Made by a program: the position numbers and the translations under genes. From Dehalococcoidia bacterium (GTDB taxonomy: Bacteria; Chloroflexota; Dehalococcoidia; Lucifugimonadales; Australimonadaceae): a DNA stretch of 64,000 nucleotides. The DNA is taken from NCBI GenBank assembly GCA_965248065.1, contig OZ252088.1, positions 2,002,389 through 2,066,388 of the forward strand, written 5' to 3'. Positions 36,307 to 45,710 of this stretch are shown here, piece after piece (the first letter of the stretch is position 1; every line of letters starts with the position of its first letter). A model generated the notes under the pieces. It did no database searches. It was not told where the DNA came from and saw only the letters and a program-made list of their open reading frames with translations.

Positions 36307-37620
36307 TTGAAACTGAATAGTAGATCCAGCTTATCCAGCTTCCTAAGATGCTTGGCCGAATCCGCTCCCGAAATGCTAAAGAAGGGAGAACCGGAGTTTG
36401 ATTCCACGCTAATCTCCTTCTGGTTTGGTAAAGAGTTGGCTGCTAGGTTCTGGTCAGCTCTGAATGAAATAAGGTTAGAACTGGTTCCTCGACACGCAAG
36501 AGACATGGATATTCTCAATGCATTTTGGGACGACTTGGCCTGCCAAGTGGCTGCCAGCCCTCAGGTCTATCTTGAACGGAAGGAAGCGTTGGGCGACCTC
36601 ATCGACCAGTTCGGTGACCGCTGGAAGAAACCCCTCTCTACGTTCGAAGTGATATATTCGGTCGAATATCTGGCAGTAGGGCAAGACCCAATTACACTTC
36701 TCGGGGTGGATTTCTTTGCTCCCACTGATGAGGCCCTAGAGGAAAGATCTATACCTAAGGCTGAGGTCGCAAGATGGAGTAAGCATGAACGAATCGTTAC
36801 TCTGGCGACAGCCAGAGTGGAGGCTGCTGGGATTGATATCGCTTTTGAAGCAGGAAGAGATCAAGTAGTTGATGCAATCATCTTGATGCAAGCGTCAGCT
36901 CTACGTGGACTGGCTGGAAGAACCCTTACGGACGAATTACTCCAATGGAAGCTGTCTGGATGGTACCTTTCGAGGCCGGTTACCGTCGGAGAGCCATCCG
37001 ATACGTGGCTCTGGGGATTCCATCGACAGTTTGGCCCAGTGGTTGATGATTTAGGCAACTACATACGACAGGGCATTGAGGGGCTTAAGCTGCAACTGCT
37101 CAGTGACCTTCCAGAGGATATCCGTGAGCGAATTCTTCGGTCAATGTATTGGATCGCACACAGTGCTGTACACGAGGCAGACGACCATAAGTTCGTGGAC
37201 CTATGCACTACACTGGAAATCCTACTTCTTCCTGAGGGCCAGAGTGTAACGAGAAAGGGTGCCGTTATCGCCCTGCGATACAACCTGCTGGGAGGGGATC
37301 TGAATCCTCCAGCGGTGAAGCGGATGTACGATCGCCGAAACGACGTGATCCATGGCAATCGATTACCTGTGGTCGGGCCGCAGGACACTTGGCATCTCAG
37401 GTTGGTTTGCTATGCGGCTGTTCGCCTGATTATTGATGCCTCAGCCAAGCAGACAGACAAATTGACACTCCAAGACTTGATTGGCACGCTGGAGACAGAG
37501 GAGAGCCTCACCGTTTTTGTTGATCGGGCAGAGAAGGGCATATACGAGGGTTCTTCGTTGCTGCAGATTCTAAAGGAAGCACGGAACAGGCTAAAGCAGC
37601 TAAGGCGAGTCGGCAAGTAG
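36307..37620 (+). CDS. HEPN-domain protein (Rx4H motif), predicted RNase/abortive-infection-type effector
   Basis: The C-terminal region is ILRSMYWIAHSAVHE...LEILLLPEG...AVKRMYDRRNDVIHGN (RNxxxH). Lower GC than its surroundings. Start uncertain (TTG 36307, ATG 36373 or 36505). Confidence 0.55.
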   Translation: MKLNSRSSLSSFLRCLAESAPEMLKKGEPEFDSTLISFWFGKELAARFWSALNEIRLELVPRHARDMDILNAFWDDLACQVAASPQVYLERKEALGDLIDQFGDRWKKPLSTFEVIYSVEYLAVGQDPITLLGVDFFAPTDEALEERSIPKAEVARWSKHERIVTLATARVEAAGIDIAFEAGRDQVVDAIILMQASALRGLAGRTLTDELLQWKLSGWYLSRPVTVGEPSDTWLWGFHRQFGPVVDDLGNYIRQGIEGLKLQLLSDLPEDIRERILRSMYWIAHSAVHEADDHKFVDLCTTLEILLLPEGQSVTRKGAVIALRYNLLGGDLNPPAVKRMYDRRNDVIHGNRLPVVGPQDTWHLRLVCYAAVRLIIDASAKQTDKLTLQDLIGTLETEESLTVFVDRAEKGIYEGSSLLQILKEARNRLKQLRRVGK

Positions 37621-37882
37621 CGGGCAGTGGTTGGGAACGCATTACTCCTCGGGCCATGAGTTTCCCCCGCAGGCTGGGCCGGCATGGGGATGAGCCCGCG
37701 TACATCTTCAACGAGCCTCGCGTCGGCTACGGCATGGCGAAAGGCAAGGCACCGAGAGAGGCAGAGCATCGAGAGTAGCGGCCACCGTCACCGCTCACGG
37801 CGGCCTCTACTCGACAGGGTAGAACAAAGGCTCGACTACACCACCAGCCTGAACCTCAACGTGAAAGTTCTTGATTTTATCA

Positions 37883-37908
37883 AGTCTGGTGGGCCGGGCA
37901 GGACTTGA
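37883..37908. repeat. attR-like core overlapping the tRNA 3' end
   Basis: agtctggtgggccgggcaggacttga, the direct-repeat partner of 19978-19998. Confidence 0.55.
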
Positions 37909-37963
37909 ACCCGCGACCAGGCGATTATGAGTCGCCCGCTCTGACCAACTGAGCTACCGGCCC
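37887..37963 (-). tRNA. tRNA-Met (anticodon CAT; elongator Met versus Ile2-lysidine cannot be distinguished), CCA encoded
   Basis: Reverse complement: GGGCCGG TA GCTC AGTTGGTCA GAGC G GGCGA CTCATAA TCGCC TGGTC GCGGG TTCAAGT CCTGC CCGGCCC A CCA. This is a clean cloverleaf. Confidence 0.9.
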
Positions 37964-38000
37964 CCGGAACATTATGCGCCAGCCCCGGCGCGAGCGCGCG

Positions 38001-38948
38001 CTACTCCGACTCCGGGCCAAGCTGACGCAACTCGCCGATGATCCGGTCAACCGTGATGCCCGCGTTCTCCAGCAGCTGGCTGGCCATGTCCTCCGGCCTT
38101 TCAGCGAGCGCTTGCAACAGGTGCCCGGTACCGACGACGCGCTGGCCGGAGGTGCGAGCCATACGGGCGCCTTGCTCGATGACTTGCTGGCAGCGGCGGG
38201 TCATGCCCGAGCCGCCCGTGAGAAGCGTCCCCCGCCTGCTGATGGAGTTCTCGATCTCCCGCTTCATCGACGCTGGGTCGCCACGGAGGTTCACGATGAC
38301 CCGCGCAGAGTGCGAGCGGGGGTCGCGAATCAGGCCAAGGAGCAGGTGCTCGGTGCCCATGTGGGAATGCTCGAAGCGTTGGGCCTCTTCCTGCATGAAC
38401 GAGAGCGCCCGCCAAGCGTTCGGGGTGAACCGGCCCGGCAGTCCACGGAGTCCGGTCCCGCTGACCCGGGCGGGCTGCGTCCTTATCGCCGGCTCATTCA
38501 CCCAGCCGGGGAAGAGGCGGCGCAGGTCGACGACGCCGATGAAGAGGGCCCCAAGGGAGGCCGCGAGCACCATGCGGGCCGGCGGCCCCATCAGGAATTC
38601 AGGAAGGCCCAGGAAGGGCGGGGACCCGAACCGCTGCATCGGCGTAATCAGTAAGGCCAGCATCGGAGCGGCGACGAGCAGGTACAGCAACCAGGCAAAT
38701 CGCCGGGTGAAGTACTTGGCTTGCCGAACGCCGATGAGCATGGCGCCGCCAGTCGCCGCGCCGAGGCCCACGGTGATAAGGGTGGCGATATAGGCGTTGC
38801 GAGGACTGAGTCCGCTTGGGAGGGGTCCATGGCCCAACGATGAGCCTGTCCGGTCAGCGAACCAGGCGGCCAGCAGAGCTAGCCCCCAGATGAGAGCGGA
38901 CATCAGCACCACGTAGAGCGCCTGCCATGAGGTAGATCGTTCAGACAT
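38001..38948 (-). CDS. Membrane protein with C-terminal double Clp_N (Clp R) repeat domain
   Basis: 4-5 N-terminal TM helices, then MGTEHLLLGLIRDP and VGTGHLLQALAERP repeats. Confidence 0.7.
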   Translation of the reverse strand: MSERSTSWQALYVVLMSALIWGLALLAAWFADRTGSSLGHGPLPSGLSPRNAYIATLITVGLGAATGGAMLIGVRQAKYFTRRFAWLLYLLVAAPMLALLITPMQRFGSPPFLGLPEFLMGPPARMVLAASLGALFIGVVDLRRLFPGWVNEPAIRTQPARVSGTGLRGLPGRFTPNAWRALSFMQEEAQRFEHSHMGTEHLLLGLIRDPRSHSARVIVNLRGDPASMKREIENSISRRGTLLTGGSGMTRRCQQVIEQGARMARTSGQRVVGTGHLLQALAERPEDMASQLLENAGITVDRIIGELRQLGPESE

Positions 38949-39167
38949 ATTGTGTAAACCAAGGCGGCGGGCCGCCGGGGGTAGATTCCAGAAGATTCTA
39001 CTATCGTAACCTACCGTCCGTAACCCAGCTTAGGGAACACGTTATGCAGTTATGCACGCCCTTTACGGCGGCTTAGGCCGCCCTGCCCTGGCAGCCGCGC
39101 GACGACGGCGATAACATGACGGACTGGCGGACGCCGCCCATCACTGTCGCAGGAGCCCAACGCCCAG

Positions 39168-40580
39168 ATGACCGAGAAACAGGCTAGCCGAATAGAGAAA
39201 GACACCATGGGGGAGATGGAAGTGCCCGCGGAGGCGTATTGGGGGGCATCCACCCAGCGCGCCGTCCTCAACTTCCCCATCAGCGACATGCGCTACCCCG
39301 CCGACTTCATCCATATGCTCGGACGAATCAAGCGCGCCGCGGCCCAGACGAACGCAAGCCTCGGGCTGCTGGACCGGGAGGTCGCCGACGCCATCAGCGC
39401 AGCCGCCGGGGAGGTCATCGACGGCACCTGGGACGAGCATTTCGTCGTCGACCTCTTCCAGACGGGGTCGGGCACCTCGACGAACACCAACGCCAACGAG
39501 GTCATCGCCAGACGGGCGCGCGAGCTTGCGCCCGGCGTGAACGTCCACCCCAACGACCACGTCAACATGGCGCAGTCGTCCAACGACGTCATCCCCACCG
39601 CCAGCCACCTGACCGCCGCTCGGGTGCTGCGGAATGAGCTGGTCCCTGCCCTAGAGATGGCGCGAGACGCGCTTGCCGCCAAGTCCGAGGAGTTCTGGGA
39701 GATCATCAAGACGGGCCGCACACACCTCCAAGACGCGACCCCTATCCGGTTGGGGCAGGAGTTCGCCGGATACGCGAGCCAGATGGAGCTTGCGATTGCC
39801 CGGCTGCAGCCGCACGCCGACGCGCTCTGCGAGGTCGCGCTCGGCGGGACGGCCGTCGGCACCGGCATCAACGCCCACGAGGAGTTTGCGGCTCGGACCT
39901 GCGCCTTCCTGTCCGACGAGCTGGGCCTGCCGGTCAGAGAGACGGAGCACCACTTCCAAGCGCAAGGCACACAGGACACGATGCTCGCGGCCAGCGGCGC
40001 CGTCCGCGGGGCCGCGGTCTCGCTGCAGAAGATCGCGAACGACCTGCGCTGGCTGTCGTCCGGGCCGCGCGCCGGGATTGCCGAGCTCGATCTGCCGACG
40101 GTCCAGCCGGGCTCATCCATCATGCCGGGCAAGGTGAACCCGGTGATTCCGGAGTCGGTCGTGCAGGTGGTCTGCCAGGTCATCGGCAATGACGCCGCCG
40201 TCGCCGCCGCGGCCCAGGGCGGCTACTTGGAGCTCAACACTTACTGGCCCGTGGCCGCGTACAACCTGCATCAGGCCGTCACGTTGCTCGCGTCGGCCAC
40301 GGAGAACTTCGTGGTCCAGTGCCTGCGCGGCATCAAGGCGACGAGCAAGGGGCCGGATATGGTCGAGCAGGGCCTGATGATGGCGACGGGCCTCACTCCG
40401 GCCATCGGCTACGACAAGGCGACGGCCATCGCGAAGGCGGCCGCGGCCCAGGGAGTCACGATCCGCGAGCTCGCCAAGGCCGAGGCCGGACTGAGCGACG
40501 AACAGCTGCAAGACCTCCTCGATCCCGCACGCATGACCGCGCCGGGCATCGTCGAGGGCGCATCGGGAGGCGGGGGGTAG
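39168..40580 (+). CDS. Aspartate ammonia-lyase/class II fumarate hydratase family lyase (AspA-like signature)
   Basis: The signature GSSIMPGKVNPVIPE (the NPV(I/V)PE variant is AspA-like) and the N-terminal IEKDTMGEMEVPAEAYWGASTQRA. Confidence 0.9.
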   Translation: MTEKQASRIEKDTMGEMEVPAEAYWGASTQRAVLNFPISDMRYPADFIHMLGRIKRAAAQTNASLGLLDREVADAISAAAGEVIDGTWDEHFVVDLFQTGSGTSTNTNANEVIARRARELAPGVNVHPNDHVNMAQSSNDVIPTASHLTAARVLRNELVPALEMARDALAAKSEEFWEIIKTGRTHLQDATPIRLGQEFAGYASQMELAIARLQPHADALCEVALGGTAVGTGINAHEEFAARTCAFLSDELGLPVRETEHHFQAQGTQDTMLAASGAVRGAAVSLQKIANDLRWLSSGPRAGIAELDLPTVQPGSSIMPGKVNPVIPESVVQVVCQVIGNDAAVAAAAQGGYLELNTYWPVAAYNLHQAVTLLASATENFVVQCLRGIKATSKGPDMVEQGLMMATGLTPAIGYDKATAIAKAAAAQGVTIRELAKAEAGLSDEQLQDLLDPARMTAPGIVEGASGGGG

Positions 40581-40650
40581 TCCCTCCCTCGCTCCTCTCC
40601 CGCAGACGGGGGAGGAGGAAGTGAGGTTCCCGGCTGTGCGGGAATGACGG
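40581..40650. repeat. REP-like repeats (module B 40581-40621 plus module A 40625-40650)
   Basis: ctcctctcccgcagacgggggaggagg and ggTTCCCGgctgtGCGGGAAtgacgg. Confidence 0.7.
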
Positions 40651-40697
40651 CAGAGATACGAGGACGGAGACTGGAGTTGCGACCGGAGGGTAGAGTT

Positions 40698-41207
40698 ATG
40701 GATTTCGGCATCCAGATACGCGAGTACAGGCCCCAGAAGATCGCGGCGATACGCGCCAAGACGACCATCGACAAGGTCACCCCAAAGGTCGCTCTGCTGC
40801 TGCAGGAGACCGCCGACTACCTCGATTCTGTCGGGGTGACGCCCACAGGGCCCGGCGTCGGCGTGTACTACGAGGTGGGCAGCTTCCTCGTCGACGTCCA
40901 GGTGGGCTATCCGGTGGACGTGGAGGTCGAGGGCAACGAGCGGGTGCGGGCGGACGAGCTGCCCGGCGGCCGGTGCGCGGTCGCGGTCTACAAAGGCCCG
41001 CACAAGGACATCGCCGACGCCCACCGCGCCGTCCACAGCTGGATGCATACGAACGACGTGCAATCGACCGGCGAGCCGGCCCGCGAGGTCTACATCACCG
41101 ACCTCCGCAACCTGGCCGACGGAGAGGACTGCGAGGCGGAGTCAGTCTGGCCCGTCGTCCACGAGACTCGCGCGGAGAAGCGCCGGCAGCAGCGACAGAA
41201 GGCTTAG
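40698..41207 (+). CDS. GyrI-like/AraC effector-binding small-molecule-binding domain protein
   Basis: ATG at 40698 after GGAGGG. IREYRPQKIAAIRAKTT...VYKGPHKDIADAHRAVHSWM...EVYITD is the typical GyrI-like pattern. Confidence 0.65.
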   Translation: MDFGIQIREYRPQKIAAIRAKTTIDKVTPKVALLLQETADYLDSVGVTPTGPGVGVYYEVGSFLVDVQVGYPVDVEVEGNERVRADELPGGRCAVAVYKGPHKDIADAHRAVHSWMHTNDVQSTGEPAREVYITDLRNLADGEDCEAESVWPVVHETRAEKRRQQRQKA

Positions 41208-41227
41208 GAAAGGCATTCGGAGCAGCA

Positions 41228-42580
41228 ATGGACCACGCAACGCGGAAACACATCGACGACCACCTCGAAGAGACCATCGACGAGCTGAAGCGGCTCGCCG
41301 CGCAGCCGAGCGTCAGCGCGCAACGGTTGGGCGTCCGCGAGTGCGGCGAGATGGTCGTCGGGATGCTCCGCGACGCCGGGTTCGAGGCCGACCTCGTGCC
41401 GACCGCCGACCCCGACTATCCCGGCGTCATCGCCGAGGCGAAGGGCGCGTCGGATAAGACGCTCCTCTTCTATAACCACTACGACGTGCAGCCCCCCGAC
41501 CCGCTCGACGAGTGGGAGACGCCACCCTTCGAGCCCACGGAGCGCGACGGCTACATCTACGGGCGCGGCATCTCGGACGATAAGGGCCCCATCGTCGCCA
41601 GGCTGGCCGCGGTGCGGGCGCTTCGCGACTCCAAGGGGGAGCTGCCCGTCACCATTCGGTGGTGCCTGGAGGGCGCCGAAGAGATCGGCAGCCTCGGCTT
41701 CCAGGAGTTCGTCGAGGCGAACGCGGAGCGCATCGCGTCGGACGTCTGCATCTGGGAGGGCGGCGGCGTGAACTGGGACGGCCGTCCCATGGTGATGCTC
41801 GGCGTGAAGGGACTGCTGTACGTCGAGCTGGAATGCCGCTCGGCGAGCACCGACTCCCACTCGTCCTACGCGCCCGTGGTTCCGAACCCCGCCTGGCGGC
41901 TGGTCTGGGCGCTCAACACGCTCAAGGACTCCGGCGAGCGCATCGCGCTGCGCGGCTTCTACGACCGCGTGCGGCCCGCGCTCCAGCAGGAGGTCGCGGC
42001 AATCGAAGGGCTGCCGGACACATCGCGCGAGTTCCTGCACAACCTGGGCGTCGAGATGGCCGTCGGGGAAGCGTCGGGGTACGAGTTCCGGCGGCGACTC
42101 ATCATGGACCCGACCGCGAACATTGCCGGGTTCGGCGCCGGGTACACCGGCGAGGGCGCGAAGACGATCCTTCCCGCGGTGGCGCGCGCGAAGCTCGACT
42201 TCCGGCTCGTCCCCAACCAGGACCCGGACGAGGTCCTCGCGAGCCTGCGGCAGCACCTCGACGAGCACGGCTTCAGCGATATCGACGTGAAGGTCCATAG
42301 CTCCGAGCACCCGGCGCGAACGCCGATAGACGATCCGTTCGTCAAGCAGGTCGTCGACTCGGCACGGCGCGTATACGACAGCGAGCCGTACATCATGCCG
42401 AGCATGACCGGCACGGGACCGCAGCACCCCATCCAGCATATTCTGGGAGTGCCCGTCGCCTCCTGCGGCATCGACTATCCCGGCAACCGCATCCACGCGC
42501 CCAACGAGAACATCCGCCGCGATTACTTCCGGCTGGGCATCCTCCATACCGCCGAGCTTATCGAGGAGCTTGGAGGCTGA
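41228..42580 (+). CDS. M20/M25/M40 family metallopeptidase (dipeptidase-like)
   Basis: LLFYNHYDVQP, GRGISDDKGP and EGAEEIGS motifs. The N-terminal extension of ORF 40973.. was rejected. Confidence 0.85.
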   Translation: MDHATRKHIDDHLEETIDELKRLAAQPSVSAQRLGVRECGEMVVGMLRDAGFEADLVPTADPDYPGVIAEAKGASDKTLLFYNHYDVQPPDPLDEWETPPFEPTERDGYIYGRGISDDKGPIVARLAAVRALRDSKGELPVTIRWCLEGAEEIGSLGFQEFVEANAERIASDVCIWEGGGVNWDGRPMVMLGVKGLLYVELECRSASTDSHSSYAPVVPNPAWRLVWALNTLKDSGERIALRGFYDRVRPALQQEVAAIEGLPDTSREFLHNLGVEMAVGEASGYEFRRRLIMDPTANIAGFGAGYTGEGAKTILPAVARAKLDFRLVPNQDPDEVLASLRQHLDEHGFSDIDVKVHSSEHPARTPIDDPFVKQVVDSARRVYDSEPYIMPSMTGTGPQHPIQHILGVPVASCGIDYPGNRIHAPNENIRRDYFRLGILHTAELIEELGG

Positions 42581-42634
42581 GCGCGCCAGCAGCCGGGCGA
42601 GCGTTGGCCCGCCGGCCATGATGGGCGCCGCACA

Positions 42635-43618
42635 ATGAAATCGCTCGTCCTCGCCCCTTTCTCATCGGACGGCATCGCGCGCCTTCAAAGGCTCGGCGCC
42701 GTGACCCATGAGCCGTGGACCGAAACGCAAGCCCTCTGGGACCCGGAAGAACTGGGCGCGCGCGTGGAGGCGGAAGGCTTCGACGCGCTCGTGGTCGAGG
42801 CCGATTTCGTGTTCGAGGAGCTGTTCATCGCCGCGCCGAGGCTCAGAATCGTCGCCGTGTGCCGAGGGGCGCTCAATCAAGTGGACATGGACGCCGCGAC
42901 GGAACAGGGCGTGGCCGTCGTCCACACGCCCGGCAGGAACGCGGAGGCGGTGGCCGAGCTGGTAATCGGGCAGATGCTCGCTCTGGCCCGGCATACGGCA
43001 GAGGCGGAGCGATACGTTCGTGAGGGCCGATGGTCCGACCCGACAGACGCTTACACCCGGTTCCAAGGACGCGAGCTGGCCGGCGCGACGCTCGGGGTCG
43101 TCGGTCTCGGCGCCATCGGCGGGGCCGTAGCGCGCCTCGCGGCGGGAATCGGCATGCGGACGCTGGCCCATGACCCCTACGTGGCGCAGGCGGACGGGGT
43201 GGAGCTCGTGGAACTCGACGATCTGCTGAGGGCCGCCGACTTCGTCTCCCTGCACGTGCCGGACACCGACTCGACCGCCCGAATGCTCAACGCCGACCGC
43301 ATCGCGGCCATGAAGCGCGGCGCGTTCCTGGTGAACGTGACCTCGCCCTACGTGGTCGATCAGCAAGCCCTCGCCGAGGCGCTCGCGGCGTGCCGTCTGG
43401 CGGGGGCCGCGCTCGACGTGCACGAGGCGCACCCCATCCCGCCCGATTCGCCGTTCCTCGGTCTGCCCAACGTGCTGCTCACCCCTCACATCGGCGGCGC
43501 GACGCGCGAGACAATCGAGCGTCACTCAGCGATGGCAGTGGAGGACCTAGAGCGTTTCGCCGCAGGGATAGAGCCCGCGCGCTTGGCGAACCCCGACGTG
43601 TGGGGCCAGCGGCGCTAG
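42635..43618 (+). CDS. D-isomer-specific 2-hydroxyacid dehydrogenase (PGDH-like)
   Basis: GVVGLGAIGGAVARL NAD motif and the catalytic-region pattern ...LLTPHIGGAT. Confidence 0.85.
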   Translation: MKSLVLAPFSSDGIARLQRLGAVTHEPWTETQALWDPEELGARVEAEGFDALVVEADFVFEELFIAAPRLRIVAVCRGALNQVDMDAATEQGVAVVHTPGRNAEAVAELVIGQMLALARHTAEAERYVREGRWSDPTDAYTRFQGRELAGATLGVVGLGAIGGAVARLAAGIGMRTLAHDPYVAQADGVELVELDDLLRAADFVSLHVPDTDSTARMLNADRIAAMKRGAFLVNVTSPYVVDQQALAEALAACRLAGAALDVHEAHPIPPDSPFLGLPNVLLTPHIGGATRETIERHSAMAVEDLERFAAGIEPARLANPDVWGQRR

Positions 43619-44748
43619 TCGAGGCGGTAGAGCTTCGCGCAGTTGTCCCAGAGGACTTTGCGGCGGGTCTCGTCCGGGAGGTCGACCTCGAAGAACTCGT
43701 CCATCGCGTAGGGGAAGGGGCTGTCGGGGTGCGGGTAGTCGGTCGAGATGACCATGAAATCGTCGCCGTAACGCGCCATGACGTCCTTGGCCATCGTCTC
43801 GTCGGCCTCCATGGAAATCAGGCACTGGCGCAGGAAATACTCGCTGGGCTTGAGCGGCAGGAGGTTCTCGCGGTACTTCTCCTGCTGATCGTCGAGGCGG
43901 TAGAGAAGCCAAGGCAGCCACGAGCAGTTCGCCTCTAGGAAGGCGACGCGCAGGGCGGGATGGCGCTCCAGGACTCCCGTGACCGTCAGGCCGGCGAGCG
44001 CGGACATCATCTGGGTTGGGAAGCTGAGCGCGTGGGTCATTGTGCGGGCCGCAGGGTGACGCAGGTACTTGCGGCTGATGTCCTCCCGCCCCGGCGCGGT
44101 CGAGGTCCCGTGCAGGCAGACCGCCGTCCCCAGACGCTCGATCTCGCTCCATAGGGGCTCGACCTCCGGGTCATAGAGGAGGCGTCCGTTCACGGGCTCG
44201 GGGTGGACCGTCACGCCGACGAACCCCAGTTCGTCGACGGCCCGCCGCGCCTCCTCGATGGCGAGGTCGATGGCCTGCAACGGAAGGAGCGCGATGCCCT
44301 TCAGGCGCTCGGGGTCGGTTTTGCAGTAGTCGCGCATCCAGTCGTTGTAGGCGCGGCAGAGGGCGGCGGCATACTCAGGGTCTAGGTCGTCGAGGCCGAG
44401 AATCCAGGTCCCGCCGTTCGTGCGAAAGAGCGCCGCGACATCGACGCCTTCGATGTCCATCGCTTCCAGGGTGGTCCGCGCGTCGAAGCCGTGGGCGAAC
44501 GCTTTGACCTGGAACGGCGTCTTCTCCTTCTTCTCCTTCAAAGCCGCGTTGGCGTGAGCGAAGTCCGGCCACTCGTTCCAGATGGGGAAGACTTGGTCCT
44601 CAATGACCCAAGTGTCGACGCCGGTCACGTCGCTGCGCCGCATCACCGGCATACGCGACCTGAACGGCCCGTCCAGGAAGTCCTCGAAAAGGGAGGCCGG
44701 CTCGATGACGTGGATGTCGCTGTCGAGGATGCGGAAGCCGTTCTTCAC
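43615..44748 (-). CDS. Amidohydrolase family 2 (ACMSD-like)
   Basis: ILDSDIHV and STDYPHPD motifs. Fourth paralog. Confidence 0.85.
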   Translation of the reverse strand: MKNGFRILDSDIHVIEPASLFEDFLDGPFRSRMPVMRRSDVTGVDTWVIEDQVFPIWNEWPDFAHANAALKEKKEKTPFQVKAFAHGFDARTTLEAMDIEGVDVAALFRTNGGTWILGLDDLDPEYAAALCRAYNDWMRDYCKTDPERLKGIALLPLQAIDLAIEEARRAVDELGFVGVTVHPEPVNGRLLYDPEVEPLWSEIERLGTAVCLHGTSTAPGREDISRKYLRHPAARTMTHALSFPTQMMSALAGLTVTGVLERHPALRVAFLEANCSWLPWLLYRLDDQQEKYRENLLPLKPSEYFLRQCLISMEADETMAKDVMARYGDDFMVISTDYPHPDSPFPYAMDEFFEVDLPDETRRKVLWDNCAKLYRLD

Positions 44749-44801
44749 AGGGATATCTTACTCTCCCCGCCAGGCGCGGCGGGAAGGTGTAAGCTCCCCG
44801 A

Positions 44802-45710
44802 GTGCTCGGCATTGTCTTTACGCTTATCTCCTCCGCGCTGTTCGGCGTAACGACCGTCCTTCTGCGGCGTGGGACCGTCGCGGGCTCCGCGGGCCAGGGG
44901 CTCGTGATAACCGTAATCGGCGGAGTCCCGTTGTTCCTCATCGCGGCGCTGGTGAGCGGTCAGCTCTTCTCCACCGGCGACATCACCGGCCGGGGGTACG
45001 CGGCCCTGGCGGCTGCCGGAGTCATTCACTTCCTCATCGGGAGGTACTGCACGTTCCGGGCCTACGCCGCAATCGGCGCGAACCGAAGCTCTCCGGTGCT
45101 TCAAGGGACAGCGCTCCTCTCCGTGCTCTTCGCGCTCACGTTTCTCGACGAGGCGATGACGCCCCTGAAAGCCGTCGGGATTGGGCTCATCTTTATCGGG
45201 TCCGCTTTGGCCGCGAGCAGCCCGGCGCCCCAGCGGGCGCCCGCGGGAGCGTCCGAGGACGCTGACGCCCCCGCCCGGCTCCTGGAGGGCTACGGCTTCG
45301 CCGCGCTTGGCACGCTGATGTTCGGCGTAAGCCCCATCCTGATCCGCTTCGCCCTGGAAGACAGCGGCGGGTTGGGCGTGCTCGGAGGACTGGTCTCCTA
45401 TGCCGCGGCGGCGGCTATTCTGGCGCCTATCGCACTGTGCAGCGGGCAGGCGTCCGGCGCACTGAACCTCGACCGCCGCACGCAAGCCTGGTTCCTCAGC
45501 GGCGGACTCACCATCTTCCTCGGACACATGTTCCGATTCCTCGCCCTGAGCCTCGCGCCCGTCACCATCGTCATACCGCTGCTCAGGTCCCAGGCGATCT
45601 TCGCTCTGGCGCTCGGGTACGTGGTGAACCGGCGCTACGAAAGCTTCCACCCGCGTACGCTCGCCGGAGTCGCAGCGGCCGTGGCAGGCTCGTCGGCGCT
45701 GGTGGCGTGA
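44802..45710 (+). CDS. EamA/DMT-family transporter
   Basis: 10 predicted TM helices in two EamA-like halves. Confidence 0.8.
   Translation: MLGIVFTLISSALFGVTTVLLRRGTVAGSAGQGLVITVIGGVPLFLIAALVSGQLFSTGDITGRGYAALAAAGVIHFLIGRYCTFRAYAAIGANRSSPVLQGTALLSVLFALTFLDEAMTPLKAVGIGLIFIGSALAASSPAPQRAPAGASEDADAPARLLEGYGFAALGTLMFGVSPILIRFALEDSGGLGVLGGLVSYAAAAAILAPIALCSGQASGALNLDRRTQAWFLSGGLTIFLGHMFRFLALSLAPVTIVIPLLRSQAIFALALGYVVNRRYESFHPRTLAGVAAAVAGSSALVA

Larger units (their letters stand above)
19978..37908. mobile_element. Integrated ~17.9 kb genomic island/integrative element at tRNA-Met(CAT)
   Basis: A direct repeat AGTCTGGTGGGCCGG(+ACTTGA) lies at 19978-19998 and 37883-37908 (the tRNA 3' end). Inner inverted repeats GTTCTTGATTTYRTCAAGT lie at 19993-20011 (rc) and 37867-37885. 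A large serine recombinase sits at the left end, and the cargo has lower-GC patches. Confidence 0.65.

Noticed and set aside
45437-45709. N-terminal extension of the kinase ORF (and similar extensions at 40973, 49655, 54921, 13492, 40644).
   Set aside because: These extensions overlap the upstream gene or a REP repeat and are Arg/Pro-rich. Conserved N-terminal motifs and RBSs support the internal starts.
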